From Phoronis australis (lineage: Eukaryota > Animalia > Phoronida), in the NCBI GenBank assembly GCA_002633005.1, contig NMRA01000133.1, positions 816,307 through 880,306 of the forward strand: DNA of 64,000 nt, in the 5' to 3' direction. Positions 24,178 through 38,060 of this stretch are shown here, piece by piece (the stretch's first letter is position 1; each line of letters opens with the position of its first letter). The position numbers and the translations under genes were made by a program. The notes under the pieces were generated by a model, which was not told the DNA's origin, made no database searches, and saw only the letters and a list, made by a program, of their open reading frames with translations.

Positions 24178-25451
24178 TCTGTTGTAATGCAACTGTTCAT
24201 TATAGAAAATGTGAGATGATTATGATCATGGTTTAAAATTAAATTTATCCAATCTAAGGCCAGCTGGCTTTGAAGTGATTTTGTTGCATAATTTTTGTTT
24301 ATTATTTACAAAATACCAGACAGTATTATACTGGTCTCTTATGTCTTTGAAATTATAAGTAGTGTACAAAGCCTTATTTGTTATGTTTAAGGCAATTGGA
24401 TAGTTTTGTTAACAAGGGTCCAATTTGTTAAGTAATTTTAAGTATTACATAATAGTAGACCCATAAAACTATATACTTTCGAAAGCCTTGACGATCACAA
24501 AATTTTATGTACACGATAGCACTTCCCTGTTTTTGTAATCTCGTGATTGTATTTTTTTTGATTTTAGTTTTATCCACATTGCCATATTTTCCTCAAATAC
24601 AACATTTTTGCTCAAAACTTGCCCAGTCGTTTTCTTTTTTCTTTTAACTAAAGAGTCCCATTGGGATTCAGACATTTTAGCTGTGAGCTCAGCTGTCAAA
24701 AATCAAGACTTCTGTTTTTGTTCAAGGAATGTTGATAAAGAGGCAGAGTTCACTAGTTTCATGCAAATTAGTTTTATGTACATGAAAAGATTCTGTGATC
24801 ATCGAAAATTTTCAAAATATTTAGTTTTATTGGTCAACTTATAAAATCTGATTCTTGGTAGTGAGCATTTATGTATGCTATTACCTTTTAGTGAAATTTG
24901 GTTTCAGTTAAACGGGTAGCTGCTGATGTAGTTATTGCAGCAGAAAATCAGTTTTGTTGCTAATTGTTTTCTTAGTTGAATTGTTTTTCCGTGTACTATA
25001 ATGTTAAACAAATGTACAGATCAAAATTCACTAAATGTTGCAAAATGAATTGACGTGTCCCCAATATTGTCTGCAACCAAATTAGTCCATCATCATCCTT
25101 GATATCTTAATTCCGTTCGCTACCTTTTCAAATAATAGTAATAACAGTGATATTATTATTAATGATGATAATAATAATAATTGAACATTTTCTTCATAAT
25201 GGTGCCATGTCACCTAGTGAGTTTATGCAGCTTGTTTCTTTCACGTAACTAGATGTGGGAGTATTTCAAATTCTATGGTTTGTGTTGTTAATATGTAATG
25301 GCTTCATTCACACTGACCAATATTCAGTGTTCCATTATCTGAAAGCCAATTACTGTACATGAGCAGGCTAACGCCGAAGCTTGACTTACTGCCCACCCTC
25401 ATAAGTCCCAAATTTTTACTTTTGCAAAGCGCTCATGATCGTTTAACACTC

Positions 25452-25517
25452 ACCCCTAATTAATACCCCTAATTAATACCCTTAATTAATACCCCTAAAT
25501 AATACCCCCAATTAATA
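25452..25517. repeat. 12-bp tandem repeat (acccctaattaat-like), about 5 copies
   Basis: Directly visible. Confidence 0.85.
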
Positions 25518-26368
25518 CTACAGAGACTTCCTTGTAAGTACCCATGTCTTTATGCCATCTGAATTCTGCCTTCCAAAACTGAAGCTACAGGCAACTTTCA
25601 TACCTCTGATTAGCAGATGGTCAGTTTCAACGGAGCCTTTTCTCTGGGTGGGAAGTTGTAGTGTTTCTCACTACCATATTAAAGTGCTCATTGCACTGTA
25701 TCTTACTTGACCTACTTGTGCGAAAAAATATGTGAAAACATTCATGAGACCAGTGCGTGGCCATCTCATAATGCACTCGTGATGTTTTTATTGCAAAAAA
25801 TTGAAGACGGGCTGCGCAAAAACTTGGGTCAGGCTAGTGAACTAGCGTGCGCGATAACTCTGTTCTAGATTGTAAGCCACATACTACATTGCTTACAATC
25901 TGGCAACATTTCATTTTACTCATGCACTTTATGTTGGCAGTCTATTTTGCCCCCTCAGCGTTAACCCAATTGGATGTTCAGGTAAGCACCGACCCTCAAC
26001 TTATGGTTTTTGGCTCCTATTCTGTGCATACCCTGACTTGAGTTCCCCAATGTCGGCTCCCTGGGCAGTAAGTCGGAACAATTACAGTATTTGTGTGGAA
26101 AGAGTACATTCTCAAAAGCATGTTGTTAGCAAATCCTATGTGTAAAATGTACAGATTTAATTAAATGATATGAATGTGTTGAGAAGCAAGAAATATATTT
26201 TTATAAATATCTTGTATCCAGAGTTTTGTATTTGTGAGCTAATACAGTCCTCTTCATCACTGGCATAACCATGGGTGCATGACTCGTCCATGACCCCCTG
26301 TCCATTGCAGGGTGACCCTGTTGAATAATTGTGTTCCTTGTGCTGATGGTCCATGTTTCATTATTTTA

Positions 26369-26538
26369 TTTTTGTGCGCCCACATATTTATATGTGGACG
26401 CATTGTGCCATCATCTCCGTCCATCCGATGTATTGGACGTTTTGTGGCTATTTTTATGAAACAAATAAACAACCCTAGAAGCACACCATTTGCGGTGCAT
26501 TCGTGGGCGCATTTCAACGCGCCGCGTTGCTCTTGTTT
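26369..26538 (+). mobile_element. Minimal (about 170 bp) copy of the same HINE family
   Basis: tttttg-tgcgcccac...gtggacgca, short ccgtccatccg tract, 3' gtgggcgca plus caacgcg/cgcgttg hairpin and ctcttgttt. About 90 bp are nearly identical to 5254-5343. Confidence 0.8.
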
Positions 26539-26652
26539 ATTGATCAACCACTTGACGGGTCTTAATATGACTCGAGTTTACACCAATGGTCATCAGTTTT
26601 TGGGCAGATTTGATTGTTATATTACTCTTCGTTGTTACTTTTGTTTGACAAA

Positions 26653-26812
26653 AGTGCCGTCCACACCCAGACTTACCCTAGAACAAGTTACTCCTGGAAC
26701 AAGTTGTCGCTAAGTTTGAGGGTCAGTTGTTCGGTCGCTACTTATACTAGTGCAACTTGCCCCACTTGTGACAACTTACTCCACCTTATAGAGGTGTGGT
26801 AACATGTTCTAG
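26653..26812 (+). mobile_element. MITE family fragment (agtgccgtccacac... terminus; possibly PIF/Harbinger-like)
   Basis: Related segments at about 31150-31243 (-), 35550-35620 (+) and 51340-51488 (-); shared motifs are ctagtgcaa.ttg.cccacttgtgacaactta and agactta.cctagaacaa. Confidence 0.7.
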
Positions 26813-29099
26813 TGTGATTATGTCTGGCCTCAATAAGGGTCCAGCAAGTGTTTTGTAGCTTCAGGTAAAAAAAGATTCTTTCACGTTTTTCTGTGTACCA
26901 AACTGTACAGACAATTAGATTTATGGATCAGATCCTTTAAAAAAACAACAGGTGAAACTTGAACATTTCTTTGGTCTTAACTTCCTTGTGTGTGGTAAGC
27001 AAGATTGTACTGCATGATGACACATAGTTGTGAATTTATGTTCAGGTGTATAAAACATTCCCAAATAAGGACTCTAGTAAGTTCCCTAAACGTACTGCAT
27101 ATTTGTGGACTTAAGAAAACATTGATTGTCCTTTCTTATACTGTTTGAGTGTCATTACTAAGTCAAATTTTGCCTTTGATACAAATCGAGAGTGAACTCT
27201 TGTTGAGTTATCAACATTGTCAAAAATAAATAGGGGTCGTTTCATGCAACACCCCTAGGACTATGTCCCTATTTATTATCCTTGAACTCCGGGCTCAGTT
27301 TTTGTTATGTTATTGGAAAGTGTCATTAGTCAAAGAGGAGCTCATATTTAAGATGAAACGATAGAAAAAGATTAAATCTGTCAGTAAACAAAGAATTCGC
27401 AAAAGATTTTGGGAACTTAGTTGAATTCCTGTTTGGGATTGTTTCATGCAACTGGGTGTTGATCTCCACGGCAACAACCATAAGAATGTGTCAAAGGTTA
27501 CGGCAATTGTGCCAGGCTCATAACTTCAACATACAACATAATAGCACCATTGTCTGTTGATTACCATTAAATATCCTTAACATAGCTCTAGTCATAATAC
27601 CTGGCTCCTGATGGTGTTTGGACAGTCTACCTGAGGTTGTATTGCATTGTTGTTACAATGCAACACTGGGGGTATAGGCCATTATGTCTACAATCACCTC
27701 TCCAGTGGCCAAGGAACTCGCACAACATGTGCATGGCCTCACCTAAAGTAAATGTGGAATCTGCTTCCTGAGCAACTGAGGACATGCAGCTATCATGGTA
27801 TTGGTGTACTTTTACAGTTTGACCCACTAAGAGGTAGGTAACTGTTTTGTGTAAACCTGTGGGAGTTCACTATTGTAATGTTTCTCTCGGGGCCTTATGT
27901 GCCAGTGTTTTTATTAAGAAAATTATAATTTTCAAAAATGTTGGTGACCTATTGAAGTCTGAATCAAATTTCCATTATAAGCTATCCTGGGTAAGTAAGT
28001 TGAAAAATGGCCTGGGGGTTGAAGATACAAATGCCACTACTACAAGAGGTTATTTGATACTGATAAGATACCTTATAATCCTGGGTAATCACCCTGCACA
28101 AACATGACATGGGTGTTCACTGGAGGTTCATCTTTTGACTGGGTTGTTACTGAGATCAGTCTAGTGGTTAAATGTGTGCCCTGTTATCCGCTCTTCACAA
28201 TGCATCAGTGAAGGTTGGGACCAACTAGTTGGAAGTGACTACATCTTCGCCTTCCCATAGAAGTAAGTGGGTAAAACTTGGGTAAAAATGAGCTGATTTC
28301 ATGTTGAATAGTCTTGTCCCTTTTGTACAGTTATGTGTGGCTGAGAATTTCACGTTCACTGGTTTTTTGGGGAGCCTTGGGAATTTGAAATCGGTTATTA
28401 TGTAAGGTATGGGACTAATGAAATTTTTGCTATGTACATTAATGCAAAATACCAGTGTTGGCCAACACGTGATTCAAAGAACTTGAGGCAATTTTTAAAA
28501 CTTATTGAGGGGATTTCCAGTGAACTGTGTTCTTCATCACGGGTGGTTCATAGCTCGACCCAAAACCTCAATTAAGCAGGACTAGTTTCTAGTATTGAGA
28601 TTTGAAAAGAAACAAAATTTTCTAGTCTGGTTTCAATGTTTTGACAATTTCGTTTACATAGTTGGTACACCGATTGAAGTTTATGAAAACGAAAATAAGG
28701 CGGCAATTCTTTGTCCAAAATTGCCTGAACCATGCAGTAATCGAGGCTTCTGCCAATGAAGACCGATAGTCAAAATGTTCCTTACTCAGATTAGAAGTAA
28801 TTGCTTTACTGCTGAAGATCTGACATTGCTCGTTAGCGATGCCACCACTAGCAAATTGTCAGTTATTAAGAGGCCCAGAAATTGCAATTAAGTTGAGCAA
28901 GGGAAAATTAGAGACCAATTTTTATAACCCCACGTATTCCTGTGGTGTTCATGCCCCCAGTACAGCTTTCTGCAGGCTTCTGGCCTCTTGAACAACTTGC
29001 AGGGTTTTTATGAAATGTGGCGGACGTGTTCCTAATGAAGCTGACTACAGATGGCATCAACTTTAAGTTTGATCCGAGTACTGCAATACCTTCTTGCTG

Positions 29100-29960
29100 C
29101 AATTTTGATTTTTTACATTTGCTGTTGTGTCTACCAAATTCCTTCATGATGGATTTTTATGAAATTTGGCAAATAAGTCTCTGTTAAGGAGAATGCGAAA
29201 CCTACTTCTGGACAGATTCAACGTATTCTGCATCCCCTGGTGGTCATTTTCATTATTTTTAGTCTTGTTTTGGCATCAGCCTCTTGATCAGCCAAACTAC
29301 TAAAAAGATCATTATTTAGCAGATGTATCTTAAAGTTTATTAAGAACACAAGTCTCTGTTGCTTGATGTTTGGACGCAGACAGGTAAGGGGGTTTGTAGC
29401 CACCCTAGTGATGTTTATGTTTTCGTGACTCTGCCTCAGGAATCTGCCAATTAAGGAGGCGATAGTCCTTGCCCTGCAGTTTTGAATGAATTCTGCACCC
29501 CCTAGTGGCTATTTTCATTATTTCCGTGCCTCTTTGATGGTGTCCACCTCCCTATCTGCCAAGCAGTGTTAAATGTCATGAAAATTGCCCGGTAATTAGT
29601 TCCTTGAAGGTTCTTTATTAAATTTGATATTGTATGTAGTCCTTTTGAGTAGAGCATGGCTTTATGGATTTCGAACGTATTCAAAACCTATGGTGCCCTG
29701 TAGTGGTAATTTTGTTTTTTTGTGTGTCTGGCTGTCATTCCTGATCATTTTAATAAGTTGGGTTTTCACTGCTCCTATCTCAATATCTTTCAAATTCTTT
29801 GGTCGATATTCTTGAAATTTGGCATCTGCATTCACTAAAGCACCGCTGGTATTGGTGTTGATTGGATCTGACTGTTGTGGCGCCCCTAAGTGGTAAACTG
29901 TCATTGTGTTTACCTAATTAATATCTATCAATGAGATCTTCAAGGGCTCTTCTTGCAATT
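29100..29960 (+). mobile_element. Degenerate HINE-like internal repeat array
   Basis: Recurring gaaatttggca and cc(c/t)(t/a)gtgg motifs as in 3650-5140; termini not recognised. Confidence 0.5.
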
Positions 29961-32900
29961 TGACCTTTGTGTTCCTAGTAAGGAGAGGACAATGGATGTT
30001 TATTGTCTGATTGATCTGACCACCATGGAATTCTATTTGATATAAATTCCCCCCCCCCCCTCCCTGCGTTGCTCTTTTATTAGTTGCCTGTTTTTTTGAC
30101 AGAAGGTGGGTTCACAGCAGTCTTAACTCATGTTGGAATAAAAGGTTTAAGCCCTAATCCTTTGAAGATATCGACAAAAGTGACGAAAGTCCTTAGGGTC
30201 CATTGGCCTTGTAAAATCTTATCTCCTAGTACTACCCAGATCATCTTGAGGTTCATTATTTTCCTGCCCCTGTTAAGTTTTGAAAATGAAATGTGAGTGC
30301 AACCATTATTATTGAAGCACATAAGGCTTTTTCCCAAAACCCAAGAAGCAAAATATTGAGTAGCCAGCCAGCTAGCGGTATCATCAGCTTTGTATTATCA
30401 TCAGAGTGTTTACCAAAAACCTGATAAAGACTGTAAAGATTGGAATGTTTTAATCTTCTTATTAGAATTGAAAATTATGTTTTTATCTAAATTCTAAAAA
30501 TAAGCTTTGTTACATTAAACATGCTTTTATCTGTCTTAATTTAACTATCCGCAGTTACATAAAATTTAATGTTTTTATAGTATGTATAGTAATATACATG
30601 ACTAGGTGGGTCCAAACTGTTTACCTTCAAAGCAATTTTAAGCCAAATGCTAGCTTTTTTCAATGCAAGGATTTAGTAGGAGCCTGTGGGCTTAACATTG
30701 ATTTTGTTATCATGAGCCCTGCTTAATAAATCTGAAGGTCAGCTGACAGGTTATTCATTAAAAGTCATATTCAGTTTTTAATTGGGGTGTAAATATTTGA
30801 TTTCTGACATTCGTCCAGAAATAGCAATCTTTTATTGGAGGTTTTGGTCAATTTTATAATGTCAAGATTGATGGTTCTATTGAACACTGGCTAATAAACA
30901 GAGATGGTACAGATGAAGGGGGGATGCTTGAAATGGGGTCTGAAAATGACATAATTTTTTATGGTAACCTTGAAGACCAAATTGGCATAATTGGTTCTGG
31001 TGTGTTTTTGTTTTTTGAAAGTCGAGTGGATGGCACATTCTTTTTAGCTGGTCACTTTTTCTTGAAGAATATTTACCTGAGACTAACAAAAATGATCCGA
31101 TATGCATGTAACCGAAGCTAGTAATTACTTCCGCCTTGCCGCAAGGTTTGTTGCCACACTGGAATTAGAAGTGGTGCAAGTTATCCTAGTAGAAGTGTCC
31201 TTGAGTAAGTTGTTCTAGGTTAAGTCTATGTGTGGATAGCACTATTTAATGTTTGGTGTTCAGAAAACGGTTCACTGTAGCTGGTGACATTTAACCCTGG
31301 TTGCCTGAAGGTATTATGCGGTAGATAACAGAGTGAGGCACAAAAGAAAAGGAAGTGTCAATGAAGCCCTTGTTGTTCTTTGTTGGATAGAGGTTTCACT
31401 CCACTATTTCTGTGCTTTTGTTCTCTTCCTCCTTGACTGTTTTGACTATTCAAGTTGATTGTAATCTTTGTTGTCAAGGGACCAAGTGTCTGAACATTGA
31501 GAGGAAGATAAATATTGCCTTTATCTGCTATTCAGCTATGGTTGTACAACAGGTGCCAGAGGTCTTGTACAGTTTTGGGATTCAGATGCTTCAGTGTCAA
31601 CTTGTGAATCTGGTACCTCCAGTTAATCTACCTGAGCTAAAGCAGAGCTTCTGGTATCCCTGTTTATTTGGTGAGTTAATTAATGAAATGGAGTACAGTT
31701 TATGAAGTACCCTGTAGTTAGTTACAGCATTCTCTCCCCTTTTCAAGAAGCTTGATGGAATTTCCATGAACACCTCAAAGTGAAGGCTGGGGATCAATGT
31801 CTTCCCAGTTTTAACTGGAAAAGCTACCTTGCTTAAGTGCCTCCCATTGCTGAATTGCATAGCACTGATGTTTTGTGCCAATTAATATTCTAAGATCGGT
31901 TAGGCATTGATACTTTGTTCAATCTGATGGTAAACAAACTTATAAAAACTCAGGGGATGTGTTTGGCGTATTCACATAACTCGTTTTACAGCAAAGCACT
32001 GGTTGAAATAAGTTGACATGTCTTTTCCTAAAGCTTGTGTTTTGTTTAATTTGAAATCTGGAATTGAATTCCTCGTGAAAAATTGAGGTACTAGGATATT
32101 TTTTACTGGAAGCAATACAATATAAGTTAGCTGAAATAGATGCTTTCAGTTTCATTTCTCTGGTACCATTTTGTTCTACATGGTTTTTAGTCACTCTTTG
32201 AACTGTTTAAGCAAGTGGTATTTGACATTACACTAGCTTCTGGTGGATTAGAGCTTTTTGACACAGTCCTGTCATGAGCATGTGATGTGACAGCTGCCAG
32301 ATATTCATTGGGAAAATGCAGGGAACAAAAATACGAGGTTGAATAATATAGCATACATTTAATGCTGGGTCTTGGACTGGAAAATCGGTCGCCGTCAATG
32401 GGGGAGAAATCTAAAACAACTGGCGAGAAAATGTGTAGAAAGGGCATGAACAACTACAAATTAGCAGAGACAGAGACCCCTGTTGTGGTAATCTGGTAGA
32501 TAATTGGCCTGTGAATGGTGATGCTGAATAAAAAGCGGAAGGATGGCTTTTAACAATGAACTGGATTAATGTCGAGATTTAGCCTTGATTTGGAAACGGT
32601 TGGGAGATTTTTGTACTGTAAAGGCTTCATAAGGTTTTGTAGATGCCACAAGTACAGTATACACCATAAAGTGCATTTGTTGATACAGTGTTCAGTTGTC
32701 CATACAATGTTTTTGCTGCTTTGGTTAGTTTATTTTCTCTTGGATAGCTTGCTCTTCAGAATGAAGCAGTGACCCAAACATAAACAAAAGTTATGACAAC
32801 ACTTAGTAAACTTGAGTTTGCAGACTTTGTGCATGGTTTGTTGGTTTATTTCATATCGTATATTTGAATGAATTGGAAAATAAAGCATGGAAAATTAAAT

Positions 32901-33346
32901 CGGCCACACTTCCAGTTTTCTAGGTATCAAATGAGGCGCTGTAGTTTTTGTTTCCAAATGCCATACTGGGAGTATTTTCCATTTCGATATCCTGCGACAC
33001 ACATAATGTTTTGCTTAGCAATGATTTAGATTTCAGTTAAGCTGCATTTTACCAAGTTTTGGTGGCCAGAAATGAAATCGAATGAAGGATTTTATGCTCA
33101 TAAAATGGTCTTTTGAAATTCTTTTCCGTTAAGGAATTTCATGTCGGTTACCAACTCAGTCTGAGGTAAGGAGTACAGGCTCCATTTTACAGATTCGCAG
33201 TTTAAGGTTTGCCAACCCCAATAAACTGAAGCATTTTCTTGCGTCACTGCAGCTTTCAATGTTATTTTTAGTGTTAATCGGAAAGAGATTCTTATCACTG
33301 TGAGGTATGTTATGAAACCAATGTGATGAGATTTCAAGATCTACGG

Positions 33347-33420
33347 TACCGTATTCGCCCTAATAAGTGCGTAGTGCGCTTAGAAAAGTTCGCTTCAGGA
33401 AGGGGGCGCTTATTATAGCC
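33347..33420. mobile_element. Orphan left end of a pogo/Tigger-like (Tc1/mariner) element
   Basis: TA followed by CCGTATTCGCCCTAATAAG.GC, with internal inverted gcgcttatta; the partner end was not found. Confidence 0.5.
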
Positions 33421-33581
33421 CAAAGTTGTTGAAACCCGGTCTCCGAAATAGGTGAAATCGTAAGCAAGAATTCGTCAAATTTACGCTCTGTGACACATCT
33501 GTAACCTATGGCAGAGTTTTTACAAAATTGCAGTGCATTGCTATCATAAGTCAGTCAAAGAACACTGGTTTATAAACACAA

Positions 33582-33828
33582 CGGGGCTTGGAATATTCCT
33601 CTTTTAATTAAGAGGTATTTCCTCTAATGGTTTTGATTTCCTCTCATTTCCAGTTTCCTCTTTTTTCGTCTCTTGATCATTATTTTTTTCTTTTTTAATA
33701 CGAAAACGATTATTTCAGTCGAATTTAACAATACTAGAGATATTTCTATCACAAGCCTATTTATTTGTGGAATGATACATCACGTGGAAATTTTTCCTCG
33801 TTTTTGTCATTGGTCATTCCAAGCCCTG
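33582..33828. mobile_element. hAT-like MITE with 6-bp TSD
   Basis: TIR cggggcttggaat / attccaagccctg; flanks acacaa / acataa; homologous to 36436-36672. Confidence 0.75.
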
Positions 33829-36435
33829 ACATAATTAACATAGTATCATGCTAACTAGTTGTAGATAACTGCAAATGAGTCACAGATAAGTATTTGGCAT
33901 GATAATCTATTTGATGACAATGTTGACAAATTTGTAAGTGTTCTCCTAAATGACAATCTCAATGCTTTGCAGTCGAGAAAAAACAATGTTGTGTAATTTT
34001 TAGAATGTTTCCATATCTAACAGGATTCCCTATGCAAAATTGATTAGTTTCATTTATTAATAAAATCTACTGGGATACCCATCGTAGGAGTTGCTATGTG
34101 ATTGCATGATAATCAATTGTTACTCACTTTCAATTTGCTTGCGCTGTCGTACCTTGCTTAGACTAATCTAAAAATTATTAGTGGAGAACATTTTGTGCTC
34201 ACTGACCTGGAACGGGTGATAAAACATGCCATAATGATACATCGAGTAATTAACAAGGGCTTGCTTTTTGACATGCAAGTTTTTATTTCAGTCTGGGCTG
34301 TTATTATTGATTCTGGAGAAGTGGCATTTTATGTAAAAAAGTAACAGAATTTCCATTATAAAGTACCTTATTTAAGACTAGTAATCTTACATTCTAGACT
34401 GTTTGATGTGTTTGATGGATGTTATGAAAATAGCTTTATCGCCATGGAGATGTGTGCCTTATTTCCTTGAATCCTTACAGGAAGCCTAGTAATGTTTAAA
34501 TGTCATTGTGACTGTCGTGATACTTATTTGATTTTCTGATGAAGAAGAATTTCTAATTGTAAATATCTATAAGCCTACTAAGAGTACAAGACGAATTGAT
34601 AATGTTTCAAACGTTTCAAAACTAAGCATCCTATTCTTTGCATGCAACATGCTGAAATCATTTTCCTTTTCTAGAAGTTGAAAAAATGTGACATGCTTAA
34701 AGAAAGGAAAATTTTACACGAGATGCTACAGAAATTGACCAAGTGGTCTCAGGTGTGCTTTCTAAGTGGTAAGCCATATTAAATCTGTCGACCTAATTGA
34801 TGTAAGCCTGGACTTGTATGTTTTGCCTGTTGCCGTGGAGACACATTATGAAGATTTGTAAATGTTCATGTACTAAGTTCTGCATGAAGGTTTACACAGA
34901 CACCACAAATTAGACTTTTCACCTGAGTTTTTTAGCTGACTTCAATAAATGAATGAATTTAAGCTTGATGTTTTAACATGTTGAACTTACATTATAATAG
35001 TGATAAGACTCTACTTCATTTTTCACAAAATTTCAAGCTTAAAGCCTGGCTAACTTTAATGGGAATTTGTTATTTTAGATGTATTAGGCTAACCAGATAG
35101 TCAGTCCTATCAAAGCTTTAATGAAATAAGAAAATGAGAGTTCAATCGTGCAAATGTAAGCTTGTCAAATGATAAGTGAAGCTGCCTTTTCGCGCCATGT
35201 TGCGTCACTGCCAGATCCCAGCACAAAGAACAAAGGTCCGATAACAGTTGTATTGAATAGGGGTCTGAACAGAAGGCCATTGCGGGCGGGTGTTATTTGC
35301 AGCTGTTTGAATTAAAAAGTGATTCTTGCGGTGACGTAGCCAAAAGTAAGCCAATAGGCCTAACAGTTTGTTAAATTTGGTAATTTATGGCATTTAAAGT
35401 GGACTCAGTGTGATGCTCTTGACATACTGTAGGAACTAAATTTACAGGAAGGTGTTGCTGTTCAAGGCTTTATATTGTAGATCAATAAATTTGGGTACCT
35501 GATGTCGGTAGCCTAAAATTTTAAACAATATCTAAGAAGCTGTCTGTCTGCTACTTACAAGCTAGTGCAAGTTGTCCCACTTGTGACAACTTACTCCATC
35601 TTATCAATGTAGGGTAACTCGGGCCTGTGTGGTTACAAGCCTAGGGCAAGGCAGAAATAATGATTGGCTGTGTGTTTGCACAGTTATATACATAAGTTTT
35701 TTGTGTCAGCTGTTCGTAGTGTTGTGTGTTTTTATAAAAAGTTCCCTAATTATTGTTCTGTGTTACTTATTTACATCATGAAATCAAGATAAGTTTAATA
35801 TTTGTTGAAAATTCATTTATTAAATAAAGGCCCTCTCCCATACAGCTCACTAACTATCGAAGCTTTGATGTTAAAAGTGGTTACCTGCGAAGTGAAGTGT
35901 CACCATTCCCAACACCTTCAGAGTTATTCAGACAACTAATTCTGTGGAGATAGGGCAAGGGGACTGAGTATCAGCTGATCTGAACAAAGGTAGTATGTCG
36001 GGACCTTGTTTTGCAGCCGTTCAGTGTATTTTTTGTAATGTAAAGAATCCAGCAAATCCATGGATCAATTGAAACAGCATGGTTACACTACCAAAATAAT
36101 GAATATTAGAACAAAATATTAGCAAATGTTAACCAGTCACTGCCCACTGTTGGCAAACACAGTGACCCCTGCCGATAACTTTAGCTGTGGCGTCACTGTT
36201 AAGCATTCCCATTGTAGCAAAGCGTTCGCTGTTAAATCCACCTCTTTTCTCCGGAGTAAACTAAGCACTGTTAACTTTGATCCAAGATCGAACTTTTGTG
36301 TTCCCATTGACCGAAATTTCAATTTACTTGCAATGCAACATGCCTTTGGCAATGTGTTGAAATTGTGTCTGTCCAGTTATCTTTACTGGATTCATGTGAT
36401 ATATCTCACTTGGTATTCAAGAAAAAAGCTAGATC

Positions 36436-36672
36436 CAGGGATTGGAATTTTCCTCTTTTTAGAGGATTTTCTCTTCTTTGGCTTCGATTTCCTCTTACTT
36501 GATTTCTAGTGCCCTCATTTTGTCTCTTTTATCATCATTTTGACTTAACTCATGCGAAAATGTTTACTTAAGTTAAATTTTACAGCACAAAAATATTATT
36601 ATATTTAATTTTGGAATGATACTTCACGTGGAAAATTTTCCTGTTTTTTGTCAGTGGTCATTCTAAGGCCGG
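36436..36672. mobile_element. hAT-like MITE with 6-bp TSD (same family)
   Basis: TIR cagggattggaat / attctaaggccgg; TSD TAGATC on both sides. A third right end lies at 3565-3604. Confidence 0.75.
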
Positions 36673-37699
36673 TAGATCTCCAAACCGATGGGGTCTGTGG
36701 CTGATCTCTTGTTAAACCAAGTTTACTTGATGACATCATAATGGTCACTCAGAATCACTGACCAACTTGTTTTGACCACTTCACTTTATTGTTGACTTTG
36801 CTGTGGGGATAAGCCTGCACTGAACTTCATTACTCAATGTGTGCAGTTTACATTAATAATTTGCTCACCTTAGAAACCTTTAACCCTATCCACTCACAAT
36901 ATTTGATCAGTTGGAGGACGACATTTCTAATAGCATTTTGAGAGCTTCAATTGGAAAATTCAAGTTCAAACTACTTTCTGGCTGTTACACAACTTGAACG
37001 ATGAGTTCTCTTGATGGAGGTGTACTTGAAGTTGGAAGTAAATCTCAATTTTAAAGGAGTTCTCATGGAGCAAAGCTGTAACTGTGATTACCGTGCGGAA
37101 AGGAATTGAATACTAATGAAAGCAGCTATTACTGTTTCGTCACAAAAACCAACTTGATTTTGACCACTTATCGTTGTTCTCAATTTGTTCTGAAGCAAAA
37201 TTAGAGATTTCATGGCTTTGAAAGAAGTGAAAAACTGTGTTCTTCACTTGTTCGCTGTTCCTTAAGACCTGTTGGCTTGTCGGAGGGTCAGTTTTTGAGC
37301 CAAGCATGATCTGAATAACATGCAAACTCAGAAATCACTTCTCCCGTAAGTAATTAACCACAAGCTAAGACCAATTTTTATAGTGGTAAGTTGTCTAAAT
37401 CAAAAGTTTGCTTTGTGGACGGAACACGAGTTTATAGCGCTCTGCAACATTACAGTTTTCTTGTGCAGGAAGCTGTCTCTAGATGAGGAGCGGACAGTTT
37501 TTGGTACGTGAGCAGTTTTTTTGGTGATACTTAAGGATATTTTTGCATGCTCCTAACTTTGCTAATGTATAGCTGGAACTAAATGGCAATGCTATTTGAA
37601 CATCTTCTATGCTAAACAAAATAATATAGTTGTATTCACTGACAGCTTGTAAATTAGAAAACAAAAAACTGCATATAGGTGACCTTTGCACTAATGACG

Positions 37700-38060
37700 T
37701 ACCTTGGGGGTTCATATAGCCCGCATTATGTAGTGAAATTCCCTAGCACCACCTCACGATACTTAATGGAAACGATTGGGTGATGTAGTGCAAGTCATTT
37801 TCGACACAAAACTTGTTCTTAAAAACGTTTGGCAATTTTCTGTTTCTGTTGACAAAGGATGATATTATATCCGAAAATTTCAGTTGATCCGTTCTTGTTG
37901 TTTTATTTACCTTTATATATTCTGCAATTTTCAATGTATTTCATATTCTCATTGTCGCTACATGTTGTGTTTCTATCAAGTTTGACCAAGCATTACAGAG
38001 ATAAGGAACTAGCATGCATGTTCCACTTTAAAAAGCCTTCTTCTGTGTAACTGTTGGAAA
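37700..38060 (+). mobile_element. Unclassified dispersed repeat (copy of 22850-23200)
   Basis: Same match as above; boundaries are approximate. Confidence 0.6.
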
